This document shows, piece after piece, positions 1 to 10,894 of a DNA stretch of 64,000 bases; the stretch's first letter is position 1, and every line of letters begins with the position of its first letter. Source of the DNA: Guillardia theta CCMP2712 (taxonomy: Eukaryota; Protista; Cryptophyta); the NCBI RefSeq assembly GCF_000315625.1, contig NW_005434533.1, positions 98,044-162,043 on the forward strand, in the 5' to 3' direction. Position numbers and translations under genes: made by a program. The notes beneath the pieces were generated by a model, which saw only the letters and a list, made by a program, of their open reading frames with translations, searched no databases and was not told the origin of the DNA.

Positions 1-493
1 TCGACCATGCGCTCACCAACGACTTGAACTTCTCCCCGTCCTCTGAGGTGACCAGACTCTTCGACACTGGAGCCAGGGCAGGGTCTGCAATGTCAACCTT
101 AGAGTCGTACGTCACTCGGTAGATCTTCTCATCTGCATCGAAGAGCACTCCTTCGATCGGACAGTCGCTCACAAACTTCCCTTGAAAGCACCGCCCGTCC
201 GGCCATAGCCATCTCCCCTGTCCGGTAATCTCGTCATCTTTCCATTCCCCCTCGTAGATACGTCCGTTGCTCCATGTGTTCAGCCCCCTCCCCTCCTTTT
301 TGTCGTCCTTCCATTCACCCTCGTAAGTTCCTCCCCACTTCTCCTCCATCTTCCCCCGTCCGTTCTTCTTGTCCCCCTTCCAGCTCCCGGTATACACCCC
401 TCCCCAGGAATACTCTTGAGTACCATCGCCATCCCTCTTGCCATTCTTAAGATCGCCTGTGTACTTGCCGTCGGAAAAGTGCTTTTCCTTCAT
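1..493 (-). CDS. MORN-repeat protein (runs off the window's left edge)
   Basis: Manual translation from the ATG at 493 gives MKEKHFSDGKYTGDLKNGKRDGDGTQEYSWGGVYTGSWKGDKKNGRGKMEEKWGGTYEGEWKDDKKEGRGLNTWSNGRIYEGEWKDDEITGQG. These are repeated YxGxWxxxxxxGxG MORN motifs. An upstream exon is possible. Confidence 0.85.
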   Translation of the reverse strand, partial: MKEKHFSDGKYTGDLKNGKRDGDGTQEYSWGGVYTGSWKGDKKNGRGKMEEKWGGTYEGEWKDDKKEGRGLNTWSNGRIYEGEWKDDEITGQGRWLWPDGRCFQGKFVSDCPIEGVLFDADEKIYRVTYDSKVDIADPALAPVSKSLVTSEDGEKFKSLVSAWS

Positions 494-960
494 CGCCCTG
501 CCAGGACATGTCAGAGAGCCTCTTTACAGGATCAAAATCCATGACTTGACAGCGAATCCGTCCCTTCAAAAAACACAGCCCTAGGATCTTGATACTAGGA
601 TACAACCATTTCACACACATGGAGTTACAAATCATGATCAAGATTGCTGGAGGCTCGTCACAGCAAGGTATTCCTATGGCAACTCAACATTGCATGACAC
701 CTTTGGACTGACAAGCAGGAGGGTTGAGCGACTGAGAAAACACTAGCAACGTCGTACAACAAAGGCGGGAATCGGCAATGAGTTACATGCTACCAATCAA
801 TCCAAGTTTCTCATTCACTCCTCTTGCTCCCTCCTCTCCTCCCTCCCTCCCTCCCTCCCTCCCTCTCTCCTCTCCTCTCCTCCTTGCGACTCTCTGGCCA
901 CCATTTGCAGCTGCCCCTCGGGTTGAACGGCGGGAACATAAAACTGCTCTCGTGTCACCG

Positions 961-1010
961 GTAACGTGAATTGTAACGTCTAATAACTGTTATGTAACTC
1001 TCATAACTGC
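961..1010. promoter_or_regulatory. Phased TAAC array in the divergent MORN/ClpR promoter
   Basis: TAAC at 962, 974, 984, 995 and 1004. Confidence 0.45.
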
Positions 1011-1137
1011 CGGATGGCTGGTTAAGTAAATGATTTTACGGTAGATTAACTAAAACTTAGTACCCTGTATTTGTTACTTCTCAAGCACCCCACCCCCTTT
1101 TCAGGACTTCCACCACCCCACCACAAACAGCTCAGCC

Positions 1138-2575
1138 ATGGCCGCTCGATGCCTGCTTGCCATGATGGCGGCAACCGGCGCCTACGCCTTCATGGCCCCA
1201 CCCTCCTCCTCCCCTGGACTCCTAGCTAATCCTAGAGCTCCCTCGACACCAGTACCCTCCAGCCTGCGCGGATTCCGAAGAAACGCAGCTGGTGGGCTCA
1301 GGATGGGAGGTTCCAATGTACCGCGTGTGCCATATAAAGCGCCGGGGGATCAAGTCTACCAGGCAAGTGCTTGTTGGGACGAGGAGAGAGATACAGCGAG
1401 GAAAGAGATACACGGAGGGGGGATGAGGGAGGGAGTGAGGGAGGGGATGAAGCAGGTGACGGTGAAGGGAGGGTGGGATGGAGGGGATAGGGTGAGGGGG
1501 CGAAGAGGAGGCAAGGAGGGGGCGAGGTTGCCGATAGAAGATTGAGAACAGCGCATTGAAAGCTTTCAATACCGAGCTCACCATTCTTAGAGTTTAGAGG
1601 TCTACCAGCTCTGAAATTGTTGTCTCCTCTAGTTCATGGATATCTGGAATCGCATGTACAGAGAGCGCATTCTATATATCGGACAAGATCTCGACGATGA
1701 GTTCGCCAACCAGGTTGGCTTTCTCTGGCATGCAGAGTCAAAGTTGTGATTCTGGGATTAGATGATTGCGGTTTTGCTCTGGCTGAACAACGAGGATGCT
1801 ACCCAAGGAGTGCAGATGTACTTCAACTGTCCTGGCGGAGAGGTAGTCAGCCTTGCTGGGAATCTGCAGTATTTACACTCAGCGATGATTGTATGCGACA
1901 GGTCCGTGCTGGACTTGCAGTTTATGACACCATGAACAACATGGACTTTGACGTCACGACCCTCAACCTGGGGATCGCAGCCTCCATCAGGAAAGTTACC
2001 ACGCAATTTGTATGTACGTCTTGACAGTTCTTCCCTCAGTGCCTTCCTCTGCGGTGCCGGAAAGAAGGGACAGCGAATGGCCTTGCCTAACGCTCGCTTC
2101 CTCCTTCAGAATCCCAAGCTTGAGGATATGGGACTCTCCCAGGTAAGGGATAGTGGTGGAACCGTGGAGGTGTTTGTCTTCGACATTTGAGGGCCGACAG
2201 GTGTTGTATGGACAAGCATCTGACGTATCGATCGAGGCGACCGAGATTCTACGAATGCGTGAGAAGGTGTTCAAGGTGTGTTCGAATCATGGATGAGAAT
2301 AGGAATCGTACATTGTATTGTAACTTCAGCCCTACAGGGACTTTCAAGATTTACTGGCCGGAAATACGAGGATATTCGAAATGACCTGACCCGCGATCTC
2401 TACCTGACTGCTCCTGAGGCCGTAGAATATGGATTGATTGACAAGGTTGTCTTCGTTGAGGGCTAACAGTCAAAGCCTAATTTCCCTTTGCCAGGTTCTC
2501 CTGCCCCTGAAGCGTACGGAGCAGGAAATCAAGAAGTACATCGGAGAAGATAACAGAAACTTTGGAAGGATCTAA
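1138..2575 (+). CDS. Plastid-targeted Clp protease subunit, ClpR-like (non-catalytic), multi-exon
   Basis: Signal peptide ending AYA-F. Spliced exons give [56 protein letters not shown] and [19 protein letters not shown], all ClpP-family motifs. The catalytic His position is Gln. Confidence 0.9.
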
Positions 2576-2874
2576 AGAGTATTGCGAGGTCATCGGGTGT
2601 TCTTTGACATGCTTGGAAAAGCGTAAACAGCTATTGCGCGTGTGGAACCTGCTGAAATTAAATTTTCAAAGTAAGTGCGCAAGCGTTCTTACAACTGTTC
2701 CACATGGTTAAGGAGAGAAACACGTTGAAAGATCTAGTGCCAAATGTCTTGGAAGAAAGCATGGTCGTACTCAGATGTGGTAACTCGATAGCTCATTCAC
2801 AGTAACTTTATTGATCAACCAACCAAAAATGACCCAAACTTTTCACTAGACTCCTTTTAAGAAATACATGAGGT

Positions 2875-3636
2875 TTACATGACGGTGTCAGGGCGCTTGG
2901 CCTCCCACTCCTTCACCTTGGGGTGGTTGGCAACAGCCTCAACCACAGCCTTCATCTTGGGGCACTTCTCCTGCAAACACATAAAAGTAACCACTTCGTT
3001 GTTCTAAGGCAGATGAATATTACCCAAGCAGCCTTGTTGGCAGCCTTGTCGTCAAAGAAGAAGATGGCAAGGTAGTAGATTCCAATGTCAGCAAGAGAGA
3101 GCTTGCTTCCAACAGCGCATCCATCCTTCTTGGAGGTCAAGGCAAGCGACTTCTCGAGCTTTCCGTACCACTGCGATAATGTCACCATAACAAACTTGAA
3201 GCGTGTGGAACAAGCTTACAGTGGGGAGATCAGTGGAAAACCACTTCTCGATGGCCTCCTTCTTGGCGGCCTCGTCGGTGATGCTCCTGGGCTTCTGGTA
3301 GGCATCGACGATGTCCTTAACGTGCTCGAAGGCGGCGTCAACCTGGGCAGCCTCGATGTCGTTGTCACCCATGAAACCGTACTTGCGGGCAACATATCTG
3401 GCGATGGGGCGGGACTGACCAATGACTTGTCCATCGATCTCGAGGAGGGGGATGCGGCCCATGTTCATGTCGAAGACACCCTTGGCCTGGTCAGCGTCGA
3501 ACTCAGGGCGCTTGAAGCCATTAGCCACATCGATCGGGTAGCGGTTATCCTCGTACTCGACTCCAGCGATGTGGAGCATGTAGCGAGTGTGCTCGGCGAG
3601 ACCTCTAAGGTTGAAGTAGGTAAGCTTGATCGTCAT
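2875..3636 (-). CDS. Glutathione S-transferase, sigma-like, multi-exon
   Basis: MTIKLTYFNLRGLAE...GRIPLLEIDGQVIGQSRPIARYVARKYG...LSLADI, ending KRPDTVM*. Confidence 0.93.
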
Positions 3637-5257
3637 GGCGGACTGTCGTAAGCTCTTCGGGGAGATCCTCTGGATTATATAGCAGGGGGAGGGGAGGATG
3701 GTACCGGTACTTCACATGGGAATCTGAGGGGTACAATTGTGTTTTACCAAAGTGTTTATAAGGTATAAGGCCAGCATTTTAGGGGGATGCCAGTCTCCCC
3801 AGGGCGGTGGGTCAATAGCAAACGGTGGGTGGTTTCAGGTATAAATAGGGGTGGGGTACTTCCAACAATGGTCAAGCACGTAAAGACTGGGGGTGGGGTA
3901 ACCTTTGCCAGCGCAACCAAGTCCTTACTACCGGTCATTTTACCCGAGAGGAATAAGATATGAAAGGGGTGGGGTGGGGGCCAAGGAAGAGTCGCAACTA
4001 TCATTGCAAAACGGCATTCAATCACCTTCACCAGTAATAATAATTCTCTCACTTCAGAGACCGTCCGGTCCGAGCCCCGGGAGTCCGGCGGACTGCCAGG
4101 GTCGCCCGGCCCGGCCCGTTCCGAAGAGTACCCGTGGCAGCGGCCGGGCCGCAGGTGACGGTGCCCGGCGCCCGGGACTGTCAGTTTTGCTGATGAAGGC
4201 TTTGACTCAGGCAACTTTGAGTAAAGACGGTTCTGGGAATCTCACTGCTCTCGGAGCGGCTCCCGGCGGAGTCCCGGCCCGGGCCCGGAGGCTCAGTGAC
4301 CGTCAGCCGTACCGTGACTACGGTACCCAGTGTACAGTCACACCGTGGTATCGGCCCGGCAAACGGGGCCGGGTGCGCCGGTAAGTTCCGGGTGGGTTAT
4401 GAGGGTTATGCAATCTGTCCTTTGGGATGCGATGATGGCTTGTGTTGAATAGCGCTTCCTCTAACTATGAAGTCCTTCGCTCACGCTATCCTCTCCTCCT
4501 CTCCTCCTCTCCTCCTCTCCTCCTCTCCTCCTCTCCTCCTCTCCTCCTCTCCTCCTCCCCTCGTCCTCCTCTCATCCTCTCCTCTCCTCCTCATTTCATC
4601 CTCCTCCTTTTCTGCCTCCTCTCCTCCTCTCATCCCTATCACCTACCCCTGTTCCCTTGTCTCTCTTGGTCTCTTGGCTTCTTTTCCTTCCTCACCCTCA
4701 TTCTCCTCTCACTTCCCTCGCCTTCCCCTCGACCTCAACTCCAACAACTTATTCAACCCACTTCCCTTCTCCACTTCACTATACCTATCCATCCCCTCAT
4801 CCCCTGCTGTATTTCACCCTTTCCTCCCTTTATCTCGTTCCCGTTCCTCTTCCAAACATTCCTCCCTTCTCCACATTGCTTCCTAACCAATCACCTTCCG
4901 CCTCCCCTTCTCTCACCCCATCGTCTATTCTATCTTTTGTTGCTCTAGCCTAGACGTGCTCGCTTCTTCATTCACCGTCCACTCTACGTTGTTTGGAACT
5001 TCCTTGCCTTCCTTGCACTTCTTCTTGTGTTTTACCACACATTTTGTCATTGCAAGGTTGAGAAAGTATTTGTCTTGTTTACTTTCCCTCATATTGCTCT
5101 GGACATCAATGTCTTAATTTTGCCCTGATTATCTGCTCTGTTACCTACACTCTTCTGTGGCTTTGCGCTCCCTGAGCAATTTGCACAGGATGATGGTTTT
5201 GACTTGTCTCTGTTAGGTCCAGAGAGATGACGGGGAAGTAAAGCTGATCGAAGAGAC

Positions 5258-6388
5258 ATGTCATCGCAGCCCGAGCCTGAGTTGACCAGCCGCCAGTATC
5301 AACGCAAGGTGGCCGCTGAATTCACCGGCTCCCTCCTGTTTCAGTTCCTTGCCGGAGTTGCCGCCTTGTCCAGCGTCAAATATGGCCTAGCTGCTGCTGC
5401 GCTTGGTATTGGCTTCAGCTACATGGTCATATCGTTTGCGCTGCGCGGCATCAGTGTTGGGCATCTGAACCCCGCTGTGACTGTTTCCCTCCTCGTTACA
5501 CAACCCAAGGGGTACAACATTGACTGGGTTCTGTGCTGCATGTACATCACAGCACAGATCATCGGCTCCATCATCGGCATGTTCATGGTGGTTTTCCTCA
5601 TCCCGATGGACACCCCGCCCTGCAACAATCCTGACGGCTGCAACCCTGTCGATCCTCTTGTCTACTACAGCCTCTTCATGGCTCGTGGGACCCTGACTGG
5701 CTCGCACGGCCTCTCTGGTGAGTGGAAGCCTGCTTGCCCCTTGTATCTGCAGTTAATGCGCAATGGCAGTGTTCCTCATGGAGTTCTTCTGTACCTCGGC
5801 TCTGGTCTGGGTGTTCTACGGAACTTCTGTTGATCCCCATGGCAAGGTGAGTTACAATCTCGGAGGAGGATCGAGATGTGACAAGTTGGTTCGATAGGCG
5901 CACAACCTAGCTCCTCTTGCAATCGGTTTTGCCATGATAGTCGGTGTCTTTGCAGAAGGACCTGGGACTGGAGGTAAGGAGAACCCTACGTGACGGAGAG
6001 AACGTGCCCAACTGAACCTTTTCTTCGTCAGCGAGCATGAGCCCAGCGAGATCTTTGGCTCCTGCCGTTGTTAAGGGGAGCTATGAGTATCTCTTTGCTC
6101 CCTTGGCGGCCACCCTGCTAGGTGCAGTAGGTTCCGTCGCACTGCATAGCAGCTGACTTGAGCTTTCAGCTGGCATCGTGACGGGGTTGGTGTACAATTA
6201 TTTATTCTTATTCGACGAGCACGTTCCCGATCTGTAAGTGACTTCTCCTCCTCCTCTTCGCGTCCTCTTACAAGCTCTGATCTCCTTCTGTGCCCCTCAG
6301 ATACCACATCACTGCTGCGCCAGGACAGCACGATGCCGAGGGCTATCAGAGCAAAATCAAGGGCGGTGACGGCTACTCAAGACTGTAG
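5258..6388 (+). CDS. Aquaporin / MIP channel, multi-exon
   Basis: AEFTGS, GHLNPAVT, MEFFCT and LAPLAIGFA motifs. The second box reads ASMSPARS. GT-AG introns; ends GYSRL*. Confidence 0.9.
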
Positions 6389-6508
6389 CTCCTCAACTTG
6401 CCTTCTCGCCACATGCATGAACAAACTTCTCTCACACACTCAGTGTAAACCTTAAACATGGTACGTAAAATCACAAAACCGCGTCCATCGTTGCAGTGGC
6501 AAGCACAG

Positions 6509-6685
6509 TTAGAACTTGTCCTCTTTCGATCGCTCTTCAAGCATTTTCCGTTTCCTCTCAGCATCGGCTTCATATGGCGACGGAATTTCCGAGAACCCGC
6601 GAGTATCGTGTTCTAACTGCATGTACAACATCGCAGCGATGGGAACAAAACCAGCTAAGAGCAAGGCTGGGGCAGCGAAGACCAT
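6509..6685 (-). CDS. Small (~58 aa) single-TM hypothetical protein
   Basis: MVFAAPALLLAGFVPIAAMLYMQLEHD...EDKF*: a hydrophobic segment followed by a charged tail. There is an intron-like GTGAG...CAG upstream. Confidence 0.35.
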   Translation of the reverse strand: MVFAAPALLLAGFVPIAAMLYMQLEHDTRGFSEIPSPYEADAERKRKMLEERSKEDKF

Positions 6686-7152
6686 GATTCGAGGAAGTCT
6701 CAAAACTTATCGAGGTACCTGCGGGCATCGTATCACTTTCCTCCACCCATTGGCTCACCATCAGCAACGAGTGCGCGGCAGCAAACACAGAAGGAGCATG
6801 GAGATAGAAATCAGAGCAAGAAGAACAAGCTGGATGTAGCAAACAGTGAAAGGAAGTTTTCTAACTCTAGCACTCTACAAACCCATGCTGACCCCGGCCT
6901 CTTGCTTCCGCAACCTCTGACTCTTTTCACACTCTCATCTGTGTGAGCATATCCATAACCTGTTCTGATCATCAACCCGATCAATGTTTCATATCATGCC
7001 ATGCTATCCGTCTCGTCTCCCTCGCCCCCTCTCATATCCGCCTCTTCTACAGCCAGCATCTTCAAGTGTCACCATGTAACCGTCTAGTAACGAACGTTAT
7101 ATCTTCTACTGTATAATTATGTATATCGTTATACAAATATTAATCAAGCGCA

Positions 7153-8743
7153 ATGCCCTCCCTTGCTCTAGCAGGGAGCTTGCTTGCTGTGGTATGTGCG
7201 GGGGCGTTCGCCATGCCGGCTCGTCCATACCGTGAGCTCCGAGTGGGTCAACGAGACAGACACCATGCTACCTCGATGGATGGCAACAACTCCCGCTGGT
7301 TCTCGCAGCGGGTAGACCATTTCTCCGACAGCCCGGAAACTTGGATGCAACGGTACTTTGTGAACGAGACGTTCTTCCGCATGGGATCCGGTCCTGTCTT
7401 CCTCTGCGTAGGAGGAGAAGGGCCACCCATGACGGAGCAGGTGGTTGTAACAGGGGAGAACCATTGCGCTCTTATGGTCCACCTGGCGAGAATTCATGGC
7501 GCGCTCATCTTGGCGTTGGAACATCGTTACTATGGCGAGTCGCATCCACGGAAAGACTTGTCCGTTGAAAACATGAGGTTTCTTTCGAGCAGACAAGCTT
7601 TAGAAGACATCGCTTCTTTTCATTCGCACATCAGGAGCGCATTTGCGATCTCGTCCAAGCAACGATGGATCACGTTCGGAGGAAGTTACCCAGGAATGCT
7701 AGCGGCATGGAGCCATGCGAAATTCCCACATCTCTTTCATGCCGCGGTGTCCTCCTCGGCGCCTGTTCAGGCCATACTCAACATGAAAGGCTACAACAAC
7801 GTCGTTGCGAGTGACTTTGCCGACGAGACGCTGGGAGGATCCATGCTGTGCTTGAACACCATCAAAGGGGCCTTTGCGCAGGTAGGAGAATATCTGTTGA
7901 GCTACGAGGGCAGGAGGTATCTCAAGACAAGATTCTCCGTCTGCGGAGGGGACGATGTTCTAGAAGACATCAAGAATCGAGCATTGTTCGCAGAAACGCT
8001 GAGCGACCCGCTCATCCCTCAGTCCAACGACCCCAGTTGCACCTCCCCCCTCTGCGACATCAGGCGGCAATGTAAGTTCCTGACGGATCAGAGCCTTGGG
8101 AAGCCGCTGGACAGGCTCGTTGCGATGATGGACAGCGTGCGAGACGGTTCTTGCCTTGACACAGACTATCAGATGATGCTTGCTGGGTTGCAAGATATAA
8201 AGATCAGCGAGGACAGGACTGACAGAACGTGGTTCTATCAGACCTGCACTGAGTTCGGGTTCTATCAGACATGCGATCCCGACTCTCGCTGCCCCTTCGT
8301 GTCAAGTCCTCACCTGAACAACGTGTACTTCTCCACGGACATGTGCAAGGTTGTCTTCAACATGAGCTTCGAAAAGACCGCTGAGTTCGTCCGAGAGTCC
8401 AACAATGAGTACGGGGGGCTGAATCTCCAGTCTTACAACATCATCTTCGTCAATGGCGGAGCGGACCCATGGAAGTCTCAGTCCATGCTCCACCCGTCGA
8501 ACGCCTACGTGCAGACTGTCATGGTCAAGGGGGCGTCGCACCATTTCTGGACCCATCCTGAACTCCCTACGGACTCAACTGAGGTGAGGGTTTGTGAGAA
8601 AGCTTCCGCTCCTTATCAAGGTTTTCATTCTTATCTCGCAGGTGAAGCATGCTCGCCGAATTATCGCACAGTTCGTCCGTGATGTCCTTGCGCAGAAGGC
8701 CTCCCACTCCGAAAGATCCCGGGCAGCGGACGTCCTGACATAG
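7153..8743 (+). CDS. Secreted/lysosomal serine carboxypeptidase, family S28
   Basis: Signal peptide, FSQRVDHF, LEHRYYGES, GGSYPG (Ser), DPW (Asp) and ASHH (His). One intron at ~8584-8641; last exon VKHARRII...VLT*. Confidence 0.93.
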
Positions 8744-9411
8744 CAAGCATGATCAATTGTAGCATACACAAACTCTTGAGAGGATCCTGTACAGTAAAGC
8801 AGCTCGTGCTCTTGTCGTTATTGCGCTACTTTGCATTCTTCTCCTCTCCTCCCTCTTCTCATCCGCGAGTCTTAACTCCCCTTCTTCTCCATTCGCGCCA
8901 TTGCGTCCAATCAAATGGATTTAGGGGTTATCCTGCAAGTGCAGGGGGTAGGGGGTACTATGTTTTGTTATGAGAACCCGCCTAATTGTAGTAGAAAGTA
9001 GGGGTTACAGATTTTTAGGAAGGGTTACAAGTCGGTGGGGTAAGGTACGTAGGAGGGGGTTCTGAGAATGGCCGACTGGATGCTCTATGTGCGGAGAGGA
9101 CTAACGATGCAGCCGAGGAGGAGACGAGGCAGAGGAAGAGGAGAGGGATATGCAGAGATCATGGAGGAAGACAGGGAGAGATCGAGAGGGAAGGGCGGGA
9201 GGGAAGGAGAGGAAGAGGAGGAATACATGACCAGGTGGAGGAGGTGGTGACGGAACAAGAGTGAAGGTTAGGACCGCGCAGAGAGCGTGAGCTCAGTCAG
9301 GGAGTGACCGAAGAGCAGGAAAGAGAAGGCAGAGAGAGAGTGGCAGAGAAGCAATGGCAGAGCGCTTCTTGGACTCATGTAGCTTCTAACCTTGACGTCT
9401 ACAGCCCCCCC

Positions 9412-10768
9412 ATGGCTGGCTGGAAACACTCGATCATCTTGCTCCTGGCCCTGGCTGTCAGCGACGGGTTCTACTCTCCTGCTCCATTGCGTTATCACAG
9501 ACACGAAGCAAGTGCTCCTGCTCTCTGCCAACAGGTTGTGGAGGGGAGGGGAGGGGAGGGGAGGGGAGGGGAGGAGGGAGGAGACGAGGAACCTGACGCC
9601 GTCCTCTAATCCTCAGAGATGCCTCCGCCGTCCCCGTGTGCTGAACCTGCGGATGAAGGTAAGCTCCCCCATGTGCTCAAGGAGCACAGTGAGGCTTGAG
9701 GCTCAGATGAACCCGGAGGACGAGGATGCGCTCCCAGGAGATGAAGGGATGAGCATGCTGAACCCGGTCGCGTGCTGCCCTGCTCCCTTCCTTGCTGCTC
9801 CTGAGACGCGACAGGTCGAGAAGGAGTTCATGGAGAACTGGAACGAGCTCATGTACTCGGAGCTGAGGATGCGAAATGCGGTAGCGCTCTTGTTGGCAGC
9901 ATGCCGCGCCTGGGTGATGAAGTGCGTGAAGGTCACCGGGGAGGCTGGGATTGCGGATAGAATCATGCCGGACGCGTCGATGGAGCCTCGAGATGTGATC
10001 GCGACGGTGATGGGGATGATGGGGATGAGAGCAATGGTGGTGGTGCCACCGACTAGCAGGAGGAGCGAGGGGGCGAGGGGGCGAGGGGGCGAGGGAGGGA
10101 AGAGGAGGGGGAGGAGGAGGAGCAACAGCAGCAAGCTACATGAACAGCAAGAATGTCTTCGATTGATGTTCTTGTCCTCCTGCAGGTTGTCAACGCGCTT
10201 ATGATCAATGATGTTCCTTCGGTGGACAACGGATGCGCCATTGCGATCCGTTTCAGCAGCAGCAGCAACCCCCTTGGCAAGCTCACAGCAACGGATTTGT
10301 CTCGTTTTTTCCGATCGACGGGGTTCAACGTGAGAGATACTTTCTCACCCTCTCATTTACGTTCCGCCAAGATGTACTTGTCGAGTGTTGAACTCAGTGC
10401 TGACGGATGCCTTGGGCAGATTCTCGTGTCGTATCCCGACGAGTTCATCTTCGCAGGGGAAGCGTTCATTCAGACTTGTGGGGAAATTTCATACGCATTG
10501 CAGGTAGGAAGGTAGGAAGGGGAGGGGGGGGTGAGGTGTTGAAAAAGGAAAGGAGTGGGAGTGGCGGAAGGAGAGGAGAGGGAGAAGCGGGAGGAGGGGG
10601 AGGACGGGGAGGGGAGGGAGTGCTAGTTGTGAAACCTGTGCTGTCTGACAGGATGTTGAGATTTCGAACTCCATGACCAACTCAACGGTTACACTTCGGT
10701 TTTTATTGGTCCGAGAATCGGAGAGCCTCTCATGGCTCATTGAGTCCCTTTCCTTAAGACCCGAATAA
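9412..10768 (+). CDS. Probable plastid-targeted DUF4864/NTF2-like protein, multi-exon
   Basis: Signal peptide ending SDG-F. Contains MEPRDVIATV..VNALMINDVPSVDNGCAIAIRFSSSSNP and the C-terminal LRFLLVRESESLSWLIESL. Family assignment is from memory of the consensus. Confidence 0.6.
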
Positions 10769-10894
10769 TCTTCCTTCCAAAAGTTTCGCACAAGTTAAAG
10801 AAACACTCGCAAACAGAGCTCAGGCGCATGGCCGAAGTTAGTGTGAACGTTCGAGATATCTAACTAGAAGCGCATCGCGCCTCTCACGCCTGAC

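Noticed and set aside
3085-3651. 188 aa plus-strand ORF, and similar antisense ORFs at 15499, 36618 and 39455
   Set aside because: These are antisense shadows of codon-biased real genes.
4442-4953. Overlapping Leu/Ser/Pro-rich ORFs
   Set aside because: They are translations of CTCCT-type pyrimidine tracts in probable intron or UTR DNA.
6377-6388. C-terminal SRL as a PTS1 on the aquaporin
   Set aside because: PTS1 imports soluble matrix proteins, not polytopic membrane proteins.
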